Shown here in pieces: positions 52,242 to 64,000 of a DNA stretch of 64,000 bases. Source of the DNA: Oopsacas minuta. Its lineage: Eukaryota > Animalia > Porifera. The first letter of the stretch is position 1; every line of letters begins with the position of its first letter. A program made the position numbers and the translations under genes. The notes beneath the pieces are model-generated. The model was given only the letters and a program-made list of their open reading frames with translations. It did no database searches and was not told where the DNA came from. Location: the NCBI GenBank assembly GCA_024704765.1, contig JAKMXF010000304.1:273909-337908 (forward strand), in the 5' to 3' direction.

Positions 52242-55233
52242 CAGTAGCGTAGCCAGACCTTGAGCTCAATCTGGGCATACCTGGGGCACTAAATCACTTT
52301 TAGTTCTTGGCAGTACAAGTCATTCAAACAATCAACTATGATAATAATAGTGTATATTATCCAATAAGTAATTCTAACTCTATAAATAATTCTAGCAATT
52401 TACAAAGTATTACTAATCACAACAAGCATATCCTGCGATTCTTGTGCTGAAAAGCAAACCGATCCACAACCACTTCTAATGGAAGACTAGAAGCAATATC
52501 GCTTTCATAGACAAAATGGCTAGATTATTAAGCCTTAATAGGCTCATGGTGAGCGCAGATAAGTCTTCGTTCGTTTGAGAGAGGAAAATGAACGCTCACA
52601 AGCTACACTACTAACAGCAATAGTTAACGCTATGTCTAGTAACCGTAACAACTCTGGAAAGGCTGCCTTCAGTGATCCTAGTTTGTCAATAACGTCATGA
52701 ATATCTTACATGTGTTGATTTCTCAGAACTTTCTTCGCCTGCATCAACTCAATTTGTACATCTTCCTCGAAAATTTTGTAATTTACAAGCATATGCTTGA
52801 TCGTGGCAAAGTCAAAAAAATTATTTGACTTGGGAGTGCAAGCTGAAATTCCTTTCATTCACAACTTTGATTCGTTATTAAAACCCTTGTTTAATTAATC
52901 TGTCATGCAATCAAGCACACGATAATAGATGCCAACGCGGTATTGATCTTCAGTTGAAAGCTCTTCTCGATGTCCAACGGTAGTAGTGAGTAAGACATCA
53001 CACAGTTTAGCAAGTTATTTATGCTTTCTTTTTCGTGGTAAACTGCTTATTTCGATATCGTGATCATCTGCAACCGTTAGAGCTTCATTCAAATTTCTTT
53101 CCACTGTTTCTCTGATCTGTAAGCCTGAAAAGTTTCAATGGTTGCATCAATCAATGAAATTGCAGCACTAAAATCAAGGTCAGGATCCTGAAGTGCCTTT
53201 AACAAACCGTTCGTCATACTGAAAAGATGGTTGAACATCACTAAGCATAATACGAATAGATATTCAAATATCTGAAGAAAAAGTCCTTTGCCTCTATTGC
53301 TCGATCTCGCTGCACACCATCAGAAATGGATCTAAGAGTAGTTAATAGGGCTCCAAAAGTCTCTTTGAAAGTCTTAATCGCCTCAAAACGACATGTCCAA
53401 CGTGTTTCAATTAGGCGTTTGAGCCGGCGTGGCTGTTTCTCTGGCCTTTGTTCCCCTTGAACTTTCTCGAATAGGGCATTAAACTTCCCAAAGGATAGGA
53501 ATACATACACTGCTTCCAATAACGAGAAGAAGTCATGTGCTATAGGTACACCCTTTATGGAGTCGACAAGAACAAAGTTCAAGCGATGTGCACAGCAATG
53601 AATGTAAAGGACCATTGGAGCAGATACTCTAAATCGCGCCTGGACACCTCCGTCGTAGCACTAACACACATAATTTTCTGGAAATAGGTTGCAGCTCTGA
53701 ATCACATTACAAATACACTTATAGAGTGATTCTGCATCCATTTGTTCTGCAAAAGTAACCCAAGAAAACGCTCATAAACCTGCCACTGTTAACATAGCGT
53801 AAGACAATTGAAAGTTGCTCCTTCCGACTGATATCTTTGGTTTCATCTGCGAGCAACAAGTAAATACCGGCCTTTTGTACCTCATTGGATATAGTCTGCA
53901 AAACCATATCGCCCATTACACCCAGAAGCTCGTTTTGATTTCAGGTGAAGTGTACTTTGCATTCTGTGGACCTTCTTTGATACGTTTCCCCACTATCTGA
54001 TCATGATTACCAATAAAGTCAGTAATGATCGAAAATTTCCAGGATTCAAAGACTCTCTGGTCTCATCATGTCCCCTCAGTGCTATTTCTTGGCTTTCGCA
54101 TAGAAGGATGATCTCCGCAATGGTTTTTGTTGTTCCATGCTGAATGTTGACCTTGTATTCTTCCCAAGTATGGACAGCATCCACATGTGCCATACTCTTT
54201 CTGTGCTCAATCAATCTTCCTTTTTGACCAGTAGCATGTTTCCAGTCCCTAAAACCAACTTGTGTGAAAGGTGCATCTGGCCGAATCAAGCGATTGGAAA
54301 ACCATCGACATAGAAATCAATAGGCTGTATCTCGGTTAACAGAATATTCAAGCCAAGAGTAGGTCTTATACCAATCTGGATTAAATGAGCGGAGTTTTTC
54401 TCCAAACTTAGTTGTAGGGAATTTAATACGAGGTTGCTTTGGTATATCAGATAAGTACAGCGCAATATCTATAGTGATACAAATTTGAAATGTAAAGATG
54501 CATATAATGAATATATGTACATAGAGGGTTTCTATGATATCTCACCTTGACATTCCTCAGTTGTATCTGTGGGGATAGTGCCGCTCTCAAACCTTCGCTC
54601 TGCACTGCTCGCTGTTGGTGAATCTTGTAACTTTGCTTAACTATTCTTACATTCGTCCTCACTGGATGAAGTTATTTCAATTTTGATCAACTCGTAGTTG
54701 TGACTCAGTTTACTGAATTTCTTCCTCTGATGTCCTTGAGCATTCCTTACTCGTTCTCCTTGGGTAGAGGCTCTGTACTCCATAAACTAGTCAAGGTAAT
54801 CCTCTTGCCCATTTGGATGATCTAGTTCTAATTACTAAAGGGAATGTAAACTAAGCGATCCTGAATATCCGAACATGCCCACTGGCCTCCAGTTCCTATC
54901 CCATTACATGATTGTTAATCTTTAGAGAGCTTCGATTATCGAAACTTTTGGACTTGTTCCAACGAGTCTGATAATCGAGGTTGCACTTATTTGAAATTAA
55001 CAAAAAAGCACTCGAAAATATCAGTCTATTGTGGTTTTACAAAGCTATGGTTGAACAATAATAGAGCGGTAATGTAGCTGTATCCATTAGAAAAGAATAT
55101 ATTTGGACTCCCTCTTTAGGATGGATAAACCCTTGCAGCAGCCTCTAAGATTGAAATAGTGAGGTCGTGGGCCCCACAATAGGTGCGACAACCGGAGCCT
55201 GGCCCGGCTGACCCCCTCTTGCCTACACTACTG
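52242..55233 (-). mobile_element. hAT element B (ZMYM1-like), full-length defective, nested in element A
   Basis: TIRs CAGTAGCGTAGCC / GCCTACACTACTG; TSD GGTATAGT / GATATAGT (7 of 8). Remnants SWLEYSV, GFRDWK, ALRGHDE, LADETKDISRKEQLS, YIHCCAHRLN, ETRW and ACERSFSSLKR; stop at 52417. GT-AG intron at 54469-54545. Confidence 0.92.
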
Positions 55234-56161
55234 GATATAGTCTCTACCGAAGTATCCCCCGTCAGAGTTCGAAACATTGCCACTCCTCGTGTACTAGAAG
55301 GTCATTCGTCAAATACCATATGCATAGACTAAGCTGCTTAATTATGACATCCTTGTCAGTACACTCGTCCGCCATGATTCCAAAGAACCTGGACTGCTTC
55401 ACTTCCTGCAGAGTTCGGTCTGTGATATCATGCGCCAGAATAGACAAGATTTCATTTTGAGATCACCAGCTGCAGTAGTCGTCCCTGACCGTGGCGTTCA
55501 TGTAGTCGTCATGCTTGTTGTCCCGCAAACACATGAGGTCCACAAGTCGTGTGAAATCTCCGTTGTCGTGACTGTGACCTCGGAGAGGTAGACCTTGTTC
55601 TCCCAAGAAGCGTACACAGTCGAAAATAAACTCGACAGACTTTCTCGCATTCTGCTTCTGACTTGTGATGTATGCCTCTGTCATGGCTTTGGTCTGGAAT
55701 GTCTGCCATGCCATCATACACCCCTTGTGCGGATCTACCTTTTCGTGCTTGTTTAGAGCTTGAACTCCAACTCTGTAGTCGCTCCAACCAATTGTTACAA
55801 GCTTAATGCCAATGATTCTGCTTTTGTCAACGAAACCAGGATCTTATTGTTCTATATAGCCCATATGCATGAACTCACCGAAAGTCATCAGTTTCAGGAC
55901 GATGCTGGAGCCAAGGAGGGGTCAAATCCCAGGCGTTGTGGTTAGTGGCGGCACGGCCGACACGCACACTCGACGATCCCACTAGCTCCACATATGGGAG
56001 AGCAACGTTTCCTTGAGCTGAGGACAGTGTCTGCTGCTACTGATCTATGTATTCAGGCGCCTGAGCAGAGGTGACACGGTTCGGTTTCTTTACCCAGAAT
56101 TTAGCCATTGGAGTGTCACACCGGAGAGCTTGTTTTTCTTTGAATGTGGTTCGTCAGACAT
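55234..56161 (-). pseudogene. hAT element A, 5' part of transposase
   Basis: Probable start MSDEPHSKK at 56161, then QGLPLRGHSHDNGDF and FGIMADECTD...QLSLC; the reading joins across the element-B TSD to the 52241 side. Confidence 0.75.
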
Positions 56162-57319
56162 TGAACAATATCATATGCATTAGAGTCCGATATATCATAC
56201 ATGAAAATACAATAATAAATACTGAAGACAACTTAACGGTTTTAATGAACATAGCTGTGTTCATTTGATGCATTTCCATGAGAATCTTTCACTGTATTTT
56301 TTAAATAAGAGCTCATGTGTCAGTTGTTTCCAATGAAATCTGGTTAGAAGATAACTCTGTCAGCAACACTAAATATATAGTGCAACATTGCATTAATATT
56401 TGCTTGCAACTCCTATATATGATGTCGTTCACACATCACCATACTTGCCAACTGTTCCGATGGCTGGCGGGACATCCCGATTCCTCGCCTCGGATATGTG
56501 TTGACTGCCAATGAGGCTAATATCGTGGCAAAACTTTCCAAAACCCTTAATTATCCCTCTATTTTGTAGTCCAGTCGAATACAAACATGCTACATAGGAC
56601 GACGTCCCGCTCAATTAGAGCATTATGTCCGCGTTTTTCTTAACTCATTGGTAAGTATGCGATTATTAATGAAAATTTCCTTAAATTTTGATTACCTCTC
56701 TCCCTGTGTCATCCATTTTCACCGTTTGCAAAATGAATGGCACTGTCATACTTCAAAAACTACCCCACTCGCCTTGTAACATCAGTTATATTTTGAAAAT
56801 CCCCTGTACATACAGTGGCATCTCGTAAATTCGAGCTCAAGTTGATAGAGTTCCCGGGTAAGGTGCACATGTATTTGTTTTTATTCTGTTACTACAAATT
56901 GTTTAATTTGTATTACCCCCGGCTAAGGCGAATCAATTTTGACCGTTCTTTGGTATTTGTAGCAACGAGGTTTGGTTGTATGTTAGAAACAATTTATGCA
57001 CTATTTAATCGAATTGTTATTGATCCAGCTTCTCTCAAGGTGCGTTAGTGATGTTGGAACAAGGAAAGTCAAACCATTTCAATGGATTGTGAATTACACA
57101 AAAAGCGTACCAGCATCCACTTTTTATAGCAAGAATGCTGACTTAGATGCAGAATAATGATGAAATTTGTAAATTGTTTGCAATTAAATAGGACGCGGTC
57201 CTCTGTGTGCGCGCTGCACCACCTTCCACTCCTGAATCATAAATAGAACGGACTCCTTTAATGCTCTGGATATGATACTATGGGTAGTAGTTATATTTGG
57301 AGTAAATAATTAGTATTAA

Positions 57320-57460
57320 GCAAGGTTGTAACCGAATATTATTTGGCAAATAGTTGAATATTCGGTATTCGGTTGGCTCAAACCGAATATTATCATTAGT
57401 ATTCGGTTGATTCAACTGAATAATATCAATATTCGCTCAGGCTACTATTCATGAATACTG
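57320..57460. repeat. Palindromic ACCGAATAT/ATATTCGGT repeat cluster (MITE-like)
   Basis: Several direct and inverted copies of ACCGAATA within 140 bp. Confidence 0.6.
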
Positions 57461-57599
57461 ACATTAAGTTCGAGCAGTTTCAAACTTGGTATTAAGCTTT
57501 CTGAATACTAATTTATCTACAAATCTCGAATATAACAAATATTTTCACCATTCTAAGCACCCTTAGATTTTTCAGTCAATTTGCATAGTAATACAAATA

Positions 57600-57811
57600 A
57601 GGATAAAAATAGAGGGACAAAGATCTCTACTCCCCCAATTATAGATGTTATTTGTATGAGAATGATAGCTTGTGGAAACTATAGGCCTCCCATTCCCCAC
57701 TTCCCAGTTTATAGAGGGTAATTTGTATGGAAATGAACGAAGATGGTCTAAAATTCCCACACTTTTAGAGGTTCCCTATTTATAGAGACCCCACTTATAG
57801 AGGTTTTACTG
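57600..57811. mobile_element. pogo/Tigger-like MITE remnant, same family as 11396-11870
   Basis: Right end CCCCACTTATAGAGGTTTTACTG followed by TA; 57765-57811 matches the reverse complement of 11396-11445. Confidence 0.55.
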
Positions 57812-57973
57812 TATCATTAATACTTGATAAACTGGTACAAATCAACGTGATAAGTCATTTATTTAAATATCACTGTAAGGATCAATACCTAATACCTATA
57901 CTACAGAAATAATAATGACGGTAATAGTAATTCTAACAAATGTAGATGCTAACAATACTGAAAGATTTGATAA

Positions 57974-59400
57974 TCAAAGGGACACCTTAAAAGCAATACT
58001 TTTAAGGTAGGTATGAATAGGCCTCGTGTGATAGATCATTACTAACCCAACTAAGGTGAATTCCCTTTCCATTGATTTTTGGAATTGGTCGGTGGCATGC
58101 CTGAATAATACTGTGCTTGTTTAAGTTCCACGCTTGATTGTTCTATTTTTAGCGTTTCACAAAACTTCCAAAAGGCAGGATGGTGAGATACAACCGTTGA
58201 TGAGAAGACACGATGTCAAACTTCTACTGAATTTGTTTCAGTAGATTCCATATGCCACCAGATGGTAATTATTCCACATTGAAATTTGAAATAATGGTGG
58301 ATGATAAAGACCGTGTTCATCTTTATTTCCAACATAAATGTCTTGAAAATATATATATACACAGCTAGTGCTTCAGTAGAAAATTGAGACTTAAGGGTTT
58401 CGAATGCTATAAGAACAAATTGAGGAGGTAAGTAAGTCAGTGCTGTCACCGTCCTAACAGTTATTGAGAATTCGGTATTATTATAATATAATGTCTCCAT
58501 TCCTGAACCTTGTGCCTTTCTATAAACAGATTGTGAAAGATGGAAAACAACCCTTAGTGTATGTCCTTGGCCAGATTTCGGTAAATGTTTCTGTTGCAGC
58601 TCTTTAGAAGTCAACCAACAAATATTGTGGATTTGAATCTGGACACAGCTGTTTAATGATCTGCCAAATTTTACGATAGTAAAGAGCTCTTTCCCGACAG
58701 TAGTTTGTAAATAGATGGCAATAAGTATCCATCTCGGAATGGGTAAACTCCTTCAACTAAAGCATGTACCGTATACTGTTGTGCAAATAGGCTAGGAACG
58801 ACCTTAAACGTGCCATCTGCCATGCAAATACTAGAAAACGAAAGAATTTTGTTTTCTTCCGAGCGGACATGATAATTCTATCTATTCCTGGCCGAAAATC
58901 GTTAGTTCAGAAACTAGTTCTACCTAAAGTTTGGATATTTTCATCCACGTGGAGATCAAAAAGATCGGTATGGTTAGTTGGCGAAGGTCGTATTCTTTGG
59001 CAGATTTTTTTAAGCTTTTTTAACGAGTAGAAGAGTTTTCGCATTTGAGAAAGGTTTCCTGACGCTTCTGCAATAATACGGAGAGGATTATCGTGGGATT
59101 CTAGAGTACGTCTCTTGACGCCAACACGAAATTCCAGAACTTCTTCTTTGCCAATCTCTTCCCCATGGCAATGTTGGCCGCTAATTTTCAATATAGATGT
59201 TACAATTGTGTGAATACGGCCATTGGAGTTCAGTATTTGACAGGCCATTGTTGTTTACCATTTGATTCACGTTGGAAATTGAAATATAGGTATTGTATGA
59301 CAGTTTATTCCGGCCTTTCGATGATTTTATTAGTTTAGAATCTGAGTTTTCAGCAAGTGCTGAATTATTTATAGTTGTTACATCAATTGCTTTCGGAGGA
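57974..59400 (-). pseudogene. Mutator-like (MULE) transposase pseudogene with FLYWCH-like N-terminus
   Basis: KSSKGRNKL...WAC...GQHCH, MADGTFKVVP, VDF*RAA...WP..YTKG, FHLSQSVYRK, ALTYLPP and TNSVEV...HPAFWKF. TIRs not located. Confidence 0.85.
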
Positions 59401-59676
59401 ATTGTCAATTGAAGAGTTAATGTTTTCTTCTTGTGGGTAATTCTGAGATAAAAAGATAGAGCTATCCATGGCCATTAGCATGTCTGGAATGATATTATCC
59501 ATATCAACCATTGCATTTTGCAATTCTATTGAATTCTCTCTAACCTCCCTATATAAGATGTCACTTTGTTGTCGCCCACCGTGGCAATAATTGTAGAAAT
59601 CTGACAATTTCTGCTGTATTTCTACATTATCAATGAATGTGATATCATCTTCTCCTATCCCGTAGTATTCCTCCAC
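59383..59676 (-). CDS. Unidentified acidic ORF immediately upstream of the MULE transposase
   Basis: 97-aa track ORF with protein-like composition; no family recognised. Confidence 0.25.
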   Translation of the reverse strand: MEEYYGIGEDDITFIDNVEIQQKLSDFYNYCHGGRQQSDILYREVRENSIELQNAMVDMDNIIPDMLMAMDSSIFLSQNYPQEENINSSIDNSSESN

Positions 59677-61317
59677 ATTCTTGAAAATCTTCCCAATTTA
59701 TCAATGCCACCTTTAAACATTGAGTAGTCAATTTGAATCTGTATCCAACTATGAGACTTGGTGTGGCAAGGGTTACAAAAGTATCATTTAGTCCATGCAA
59801 AATTTGTTGGAGACAGAGTATAACTTCTCTATTTCGAAAAGGAATAAGACTCGCTATCAGCCCTTCAACGGGTTTTCCATCAGCTCGAAATTAGTAGAGT
59901 ATGATTACAATCTAAAGAATTCGGAAGCTCAATTTCAATGAGAAAATCCATTTATTCATCAAAAATCAATGCTATGGAACAATTAAGTATCCATCAAGTA
60001 AAATAATTAAAAATACTAACTGAAATTGTTATTATTTACTAGTGTTGTACTATTATTCCTTATTTCTGAATTATGACTATTTTGTTTGTACACATACGTC
60101 GCATTAACATATACACAAATGTCTCTGTACACAAAGTCATACCCTCATAGAATAACTATTAGTTATAAACCATAGAATAAGGGTAAACAAGATTCATTTA
60201 AGTAGATTGACAGATATCGATGTTTAAGAATAAGAATATCTTAGTTACAAGGGCGAATAAGAATATAACGAAATATTATCAATTCTGAATAGGGCGAATA
60301 CTTTTGTCCTTTAATTGTATATTACACCACATCTTAACTAAATTTTGGAATTATTGATGAAAGACAGTTAGAATGGGAACTATAATTAGTATGATAATCT
60401 GACTTCCCATTACGTAAATGTGTGAAAGTCTTCCAAGTTAGTCATAGTACAAATATACAATACAATTATTAATTAAGAAAGGAAATTGAAAATCAATTAA
60501 ACAAAAGATATTTAGAATAAAAAAGTCTAGAAAACAGTACTAGAACCCCTTGTTTGTTTAAGGGAATTGAATTATTGAATACCAAAGAAGGTATCTATAA
60601 ATTTTGAGGCGATTCTGCAGATAAATAATTTCCAGAATTGAGTCAAAGTTGGGGCTCGCATTCACAAAAAAATAGGGAATTATAGACTTTTAGAAGCTTA
60701 ATGCGGGTGATAATTTTCAGTATTTCTGGATAGAATTGATATAGTTACAAACGTTTACATCTCATCTATTGTTTAATATCAAAATAATTGAGATTCAGTT
60801 AGATTTAGTGTAAGAAATATGAGTTTGAACTGAGCCTACTTTATGTAGTACCTATTAAATACCCACTACCAACTCAAAATTTGAATTGCCATAACTCCGC
60901 GAGTTTTCAATATATTTTAATAAATTTTGATTACATAAACGTTCATATGGCACAAGTGTGTATACGAATTTTCAGAAACGAATTCTGACGTTTAGGTAGT
61001 TTATTTTAATGAATTCGTATAAATGGGTAATTGATATTAAATTGTGATAAAAGTAAAACTTTTTACACAAAATTCATATTGAGTAAAATGTTCGCCTCTC
61101 CTCTTTCGAATGGTATTAATTTCGTCAAAATCTGATAAGTGGAGTGGGTTAAATTAATAATTGAAGTATACATGGTCGAATAGTCTGCTAACTCACACTC
61201 GTGATTTTATACTGAAATGTGTGCAGCGAATAGATAAGTGTATGATGCAGGAATCTAACTTTTAAATGGGCGAGCGATACAAAATTCTGGCGTCCAGGGG
61301 AAATATGTGCTCCTTCC

Positions 61318-61740
61318 AGGGACGTCGCCAGGAGGGTTTGAGGTCACCAGGAGGCCGGACGATGGGCAAAGTGTTTCTTGGGTTTCCCAGGAGCATGCCC
61401 AGTGGCGGATCTATAAATTTTTAGGGTGTTAGACTAGACTGTGGCCTAATAAGTCAGGGGATCCTCTTCATCACAATCTGATGGAACTCCACCATTGATA
61501 TACATGTCGTACTCTTGCTGCAAGTCGAGCTTTGCACCCCTAATGAGTATTAATATTGGAAACTGTCCGCATAGAACCAGAACCAACAATTTTTTTGAGG
61601 TGGTTCTTCTGTTTCTGGGTTGGCAATGAATTCTGAGATTGGAGACGTTGTTCCACAACAGTGGAACAACGTCTCCGTCATATCTCGGATTTGCTCGTTC
61701 AGCTCTTTGTCGACCACAGCCGCCAGTAGAGCTAATTTAA
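61318..61740 (-). pseudogene. Possible hAT (Ac/BED-type) C-terminal remnant
   Basis: LQQEYDMYINGG...EEDPLTY* resembles the start of a hAT dimerization domain; hAT-like terminus CAGGGACGTCGCCAGG at 61318. Confidence 0.4.
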
Positions 61741-62049
61741 CCTCTCAGTTAACTTCTCCGAGAGTTTAGTATAGCTCTCATTGGGGTGCTCAAACGTCCC
61801 AATATATTCAACGAAATAATGTATTCATTAGAGAAGGTGATATATTCCACCAATGAAATATTGGTATTTTGGCATAAAACTATTAATAAAACTTATGTAT
61901 TGGGATCAATCGATGAAGTTATAAAATTCCTACAAGAGTTCGTGATAGTTATCTAATAAATTGAAAGGTAAACACCTGTTGAAATCCAAATAACACGATT
62001 GAGAAGCATCTAACGAATCATTTGACATGAATATTTAAAGATTTGGATT

Positions 62050-63390
62050 AGAAAAACGTTTGTCAAGTTCTCTTATGATCATTGGAATAACATCTGGTTT
62101 CAAAGGCTGACATAACCCGTGCCCTCGAACTTGGCTCTGACACTTTCGACCGAATAGAGAATCTTCATAGTCAGTTTATCTTCCTATCATAGAACACACT
62201 AATTTGGGATCTGTTAACACACATTTTCTATAGATATCTCAAGTAGTATTGTTTTATAGCCAATATTTGTCCAGCAATTAGTGTCCACTTGATTGAATTT
62301 TCTTGCATAGCTAAGTTCAAATATGCATTATACAGTAGATAACACCTCATATAAAAACACTACAGAGATTATAAAGTTACCAGAATACATCTTGTGATGA
62401 AGTCCTGTTGCTATATCTTGTGTATTAGAATGAGATTGCCCAATTTCTTGAAGAGTAAACAACACAGCCTGAATTCTTTTCAATATGGTATGCACTCTAA
62501 AAATTTGCAAGATCACCAAACTTCGATAATTTGCAATGCAGCCATTACTTTTTGGTTGGGATATAATTCTTTCTGTATTATCTCAAACAGCTCTTTATTT
62601 TTTGATACATTGAAAATATTTTTAAGCGGTTTATATATATTAATAACAGAACTTGCAGATTTTACTTGCTTAAAATAAGCAACTACCACTAAATTTAACG
62701 GCGAGTAGCACAGTGTATATAGATCATCTCCGGATACATTTCTTGAATTTTTGCAATCACACCGGAATGCGTCCCACTCATGACCGCAGCTCCATCTGCA
62801 CCAAGCGTTAACAATTTTGAAGTTAACCCCATCTTATTTAATGTTGGAATTACACCTTTTTGTAGTTATCCGTCTGCATCTGTTTCAGCATGTCTAGTTA
62901 GCTGTAGAATCTCTCCTTAATGACCAAATTGTATTTCACCTAGGCTACAAGCAATCAGACTGCCTGTGTTTCCCATTTTATAGTTTGAAACTTGAGAACA
63001 CTCATATAATTTGGATATGAGTTTATGAGTCCTGACCAAGTACGAGTATACAAGAATGGTATTGCTTAGAAGTGCTTGAAGTTCATCAATTCGAGACAGA
63101 AATCCAAGTTCAGAATTGACCGCCTTGTCCATTCGTAGTAGATGTGTAACCACCATAATTACAACACGAATAATACGATCAGATTTTCTGTATGCAACAA
63201 GTGTATGTTAGGCTAAATAACAGCCATTGGAAACTTGGAAATAAGTCTTGGGTTACCATTAAGCTTATGATTTGGTGCCTACCTGTCAACTACACTCAGA
63301 AACACGGAGCTCAATTAAATTGTATATCCTATTTCAGGACAAGTGAATCAAAATTGCTGTCAGAAACAATATTATTGAAACAGTCGTAAT
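62050..63390 (-). pseudogene. hAT (ZMYM1-like) transposase fragment
   Basis: LGADGAAVMSG, MIYIHCA, ILKRIQAVLFTLQEI and FIISVVFLYEVL. Confidence 0.7.
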
Positions 63391-63419
63391 GTATTTTATT
63401 AATTATATATACTGTGTGG

Positions 63420-63900
63420 GCAGGGTTTTTAATCTCGGACTCTTTCTATAATCCTGGGATTTCCATATTTAAAATCCTGGGATCCCAGAAATTTCAAGGA
63501 ATACCTTGAATAATGATGATAGTGATCTCTCTAGCAATCAATAAATTTGTTAAATTATATGATAGTCTGATAGAATGAAAATATAATATAGGGGTACATA
63601 GGGGTACAAGATGAATATGAATGAATAAGAAGTTTTTTAGTTTATCATCATTTTTTTTTCTTGTTCATCTTTTGAATGCTGGCGCATCTAAAGTGCTATC
63701 ACTGAGTCTTGTTCTAAATTTGTTACATAAATATGCCGAACAAGAAAATGCTCCATCCGCTTTGACTGAGGTTCCAGGTATTATTAGTAACATTTGATAT
63801 ACCATTCCAATGACATCCTCGTTTTCCAGTCTGTTCTCTAATAGTAAGTTCATATTCCAATAAATTGAACAATGAATGTTGAACTTGTATATCTTCTGCC
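63420..63900 (-). mobile_element. hAT (hobo/Ac-type) 3' end with dimerization remnant
   Basis: LLIIPGTSVKADGAFS...FRTRLSDSTLDA; subterminal CCTGGGAT repeats at 63420-63490. Confidence 0.7.
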
Positions 63901-64000
63901 GCCGTATTCACTAAGCATACTTAGTACTTAAGTACTAAGTACGTACTTAAGTCGTATTCACTAAGAGTTAAGTACGTACTTAAGTATGTACTTAACTAAG
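63901..64000. repeat. Palindromic TACTTAAGTA-rich repeat, possibly a Harbinger-like MITE (runs off the window)
   Basis: Starts GCCGTATTCACTAAG, repeated at 63952; internal AAGTACGTACTT palindromes. Confidence 0.55.

Noticed and set aside
51909-52247. Plus-strand ORFs over the hAT elements (also 51043-51294 and 51376-51579)
   Set aside because: Antisense shadows of GC-richer transposase sequence.
57320-57460. CRISPR-like array (also 63901-64000 and 41400-41990)
   Set aside because: No regular repeat-unique-spacer pattern, no cas genes, and the context is eukaryotic.
1-64000. Species assignment (the repertoire suggests a non-bilaterian such as a sponge)
   Set aside because: An impression only; it cannot be supported from the sequence without a database search.

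Overview
AT-rich eukaryotic genomic DNA, most likely from an invertebrate animal, with GT-AG introns and no prokaryotic features. Most of the window is decayed cut-and-paste DNA transposons: four mariners (DD34D type), one maT (DD37D), at least seven hAT pieces, two P-element/THAP9 relics, Ginger2, Chapaev, MULE and several MITEs. I recognised no retroelement. One host gene runs through the window on the minus strand: a DUF4140/DUF4139 (F37C4.5-like) gene whose four phase-consistent exons (47462-47214, 34537-34331, 17560-17125, 12371-12179) are separated by 4.8-16.8 kb transposon-filled introns, with a decayed duplicate of its 3' half. The most striking feature is a complete 2.9-kb RAG1-like Transib transposon at 6949-9874. 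Both ends begin with the exact V(D)J RSS heptamer CACAGTG, and a second identical 12-mer sits 23 bp inside one end and 14 bp inside the other, an asymmetric bipartite arrangement reminiscent of 12/23 RSSs. Its inactivated transposase keeps all RAG1 catalytic and zinc-binding residues plus a region resembling the RAG1 nonamer-binding domain. There is no RAG2-like gene inside it. All alignments were done by eye; no database searches were run.
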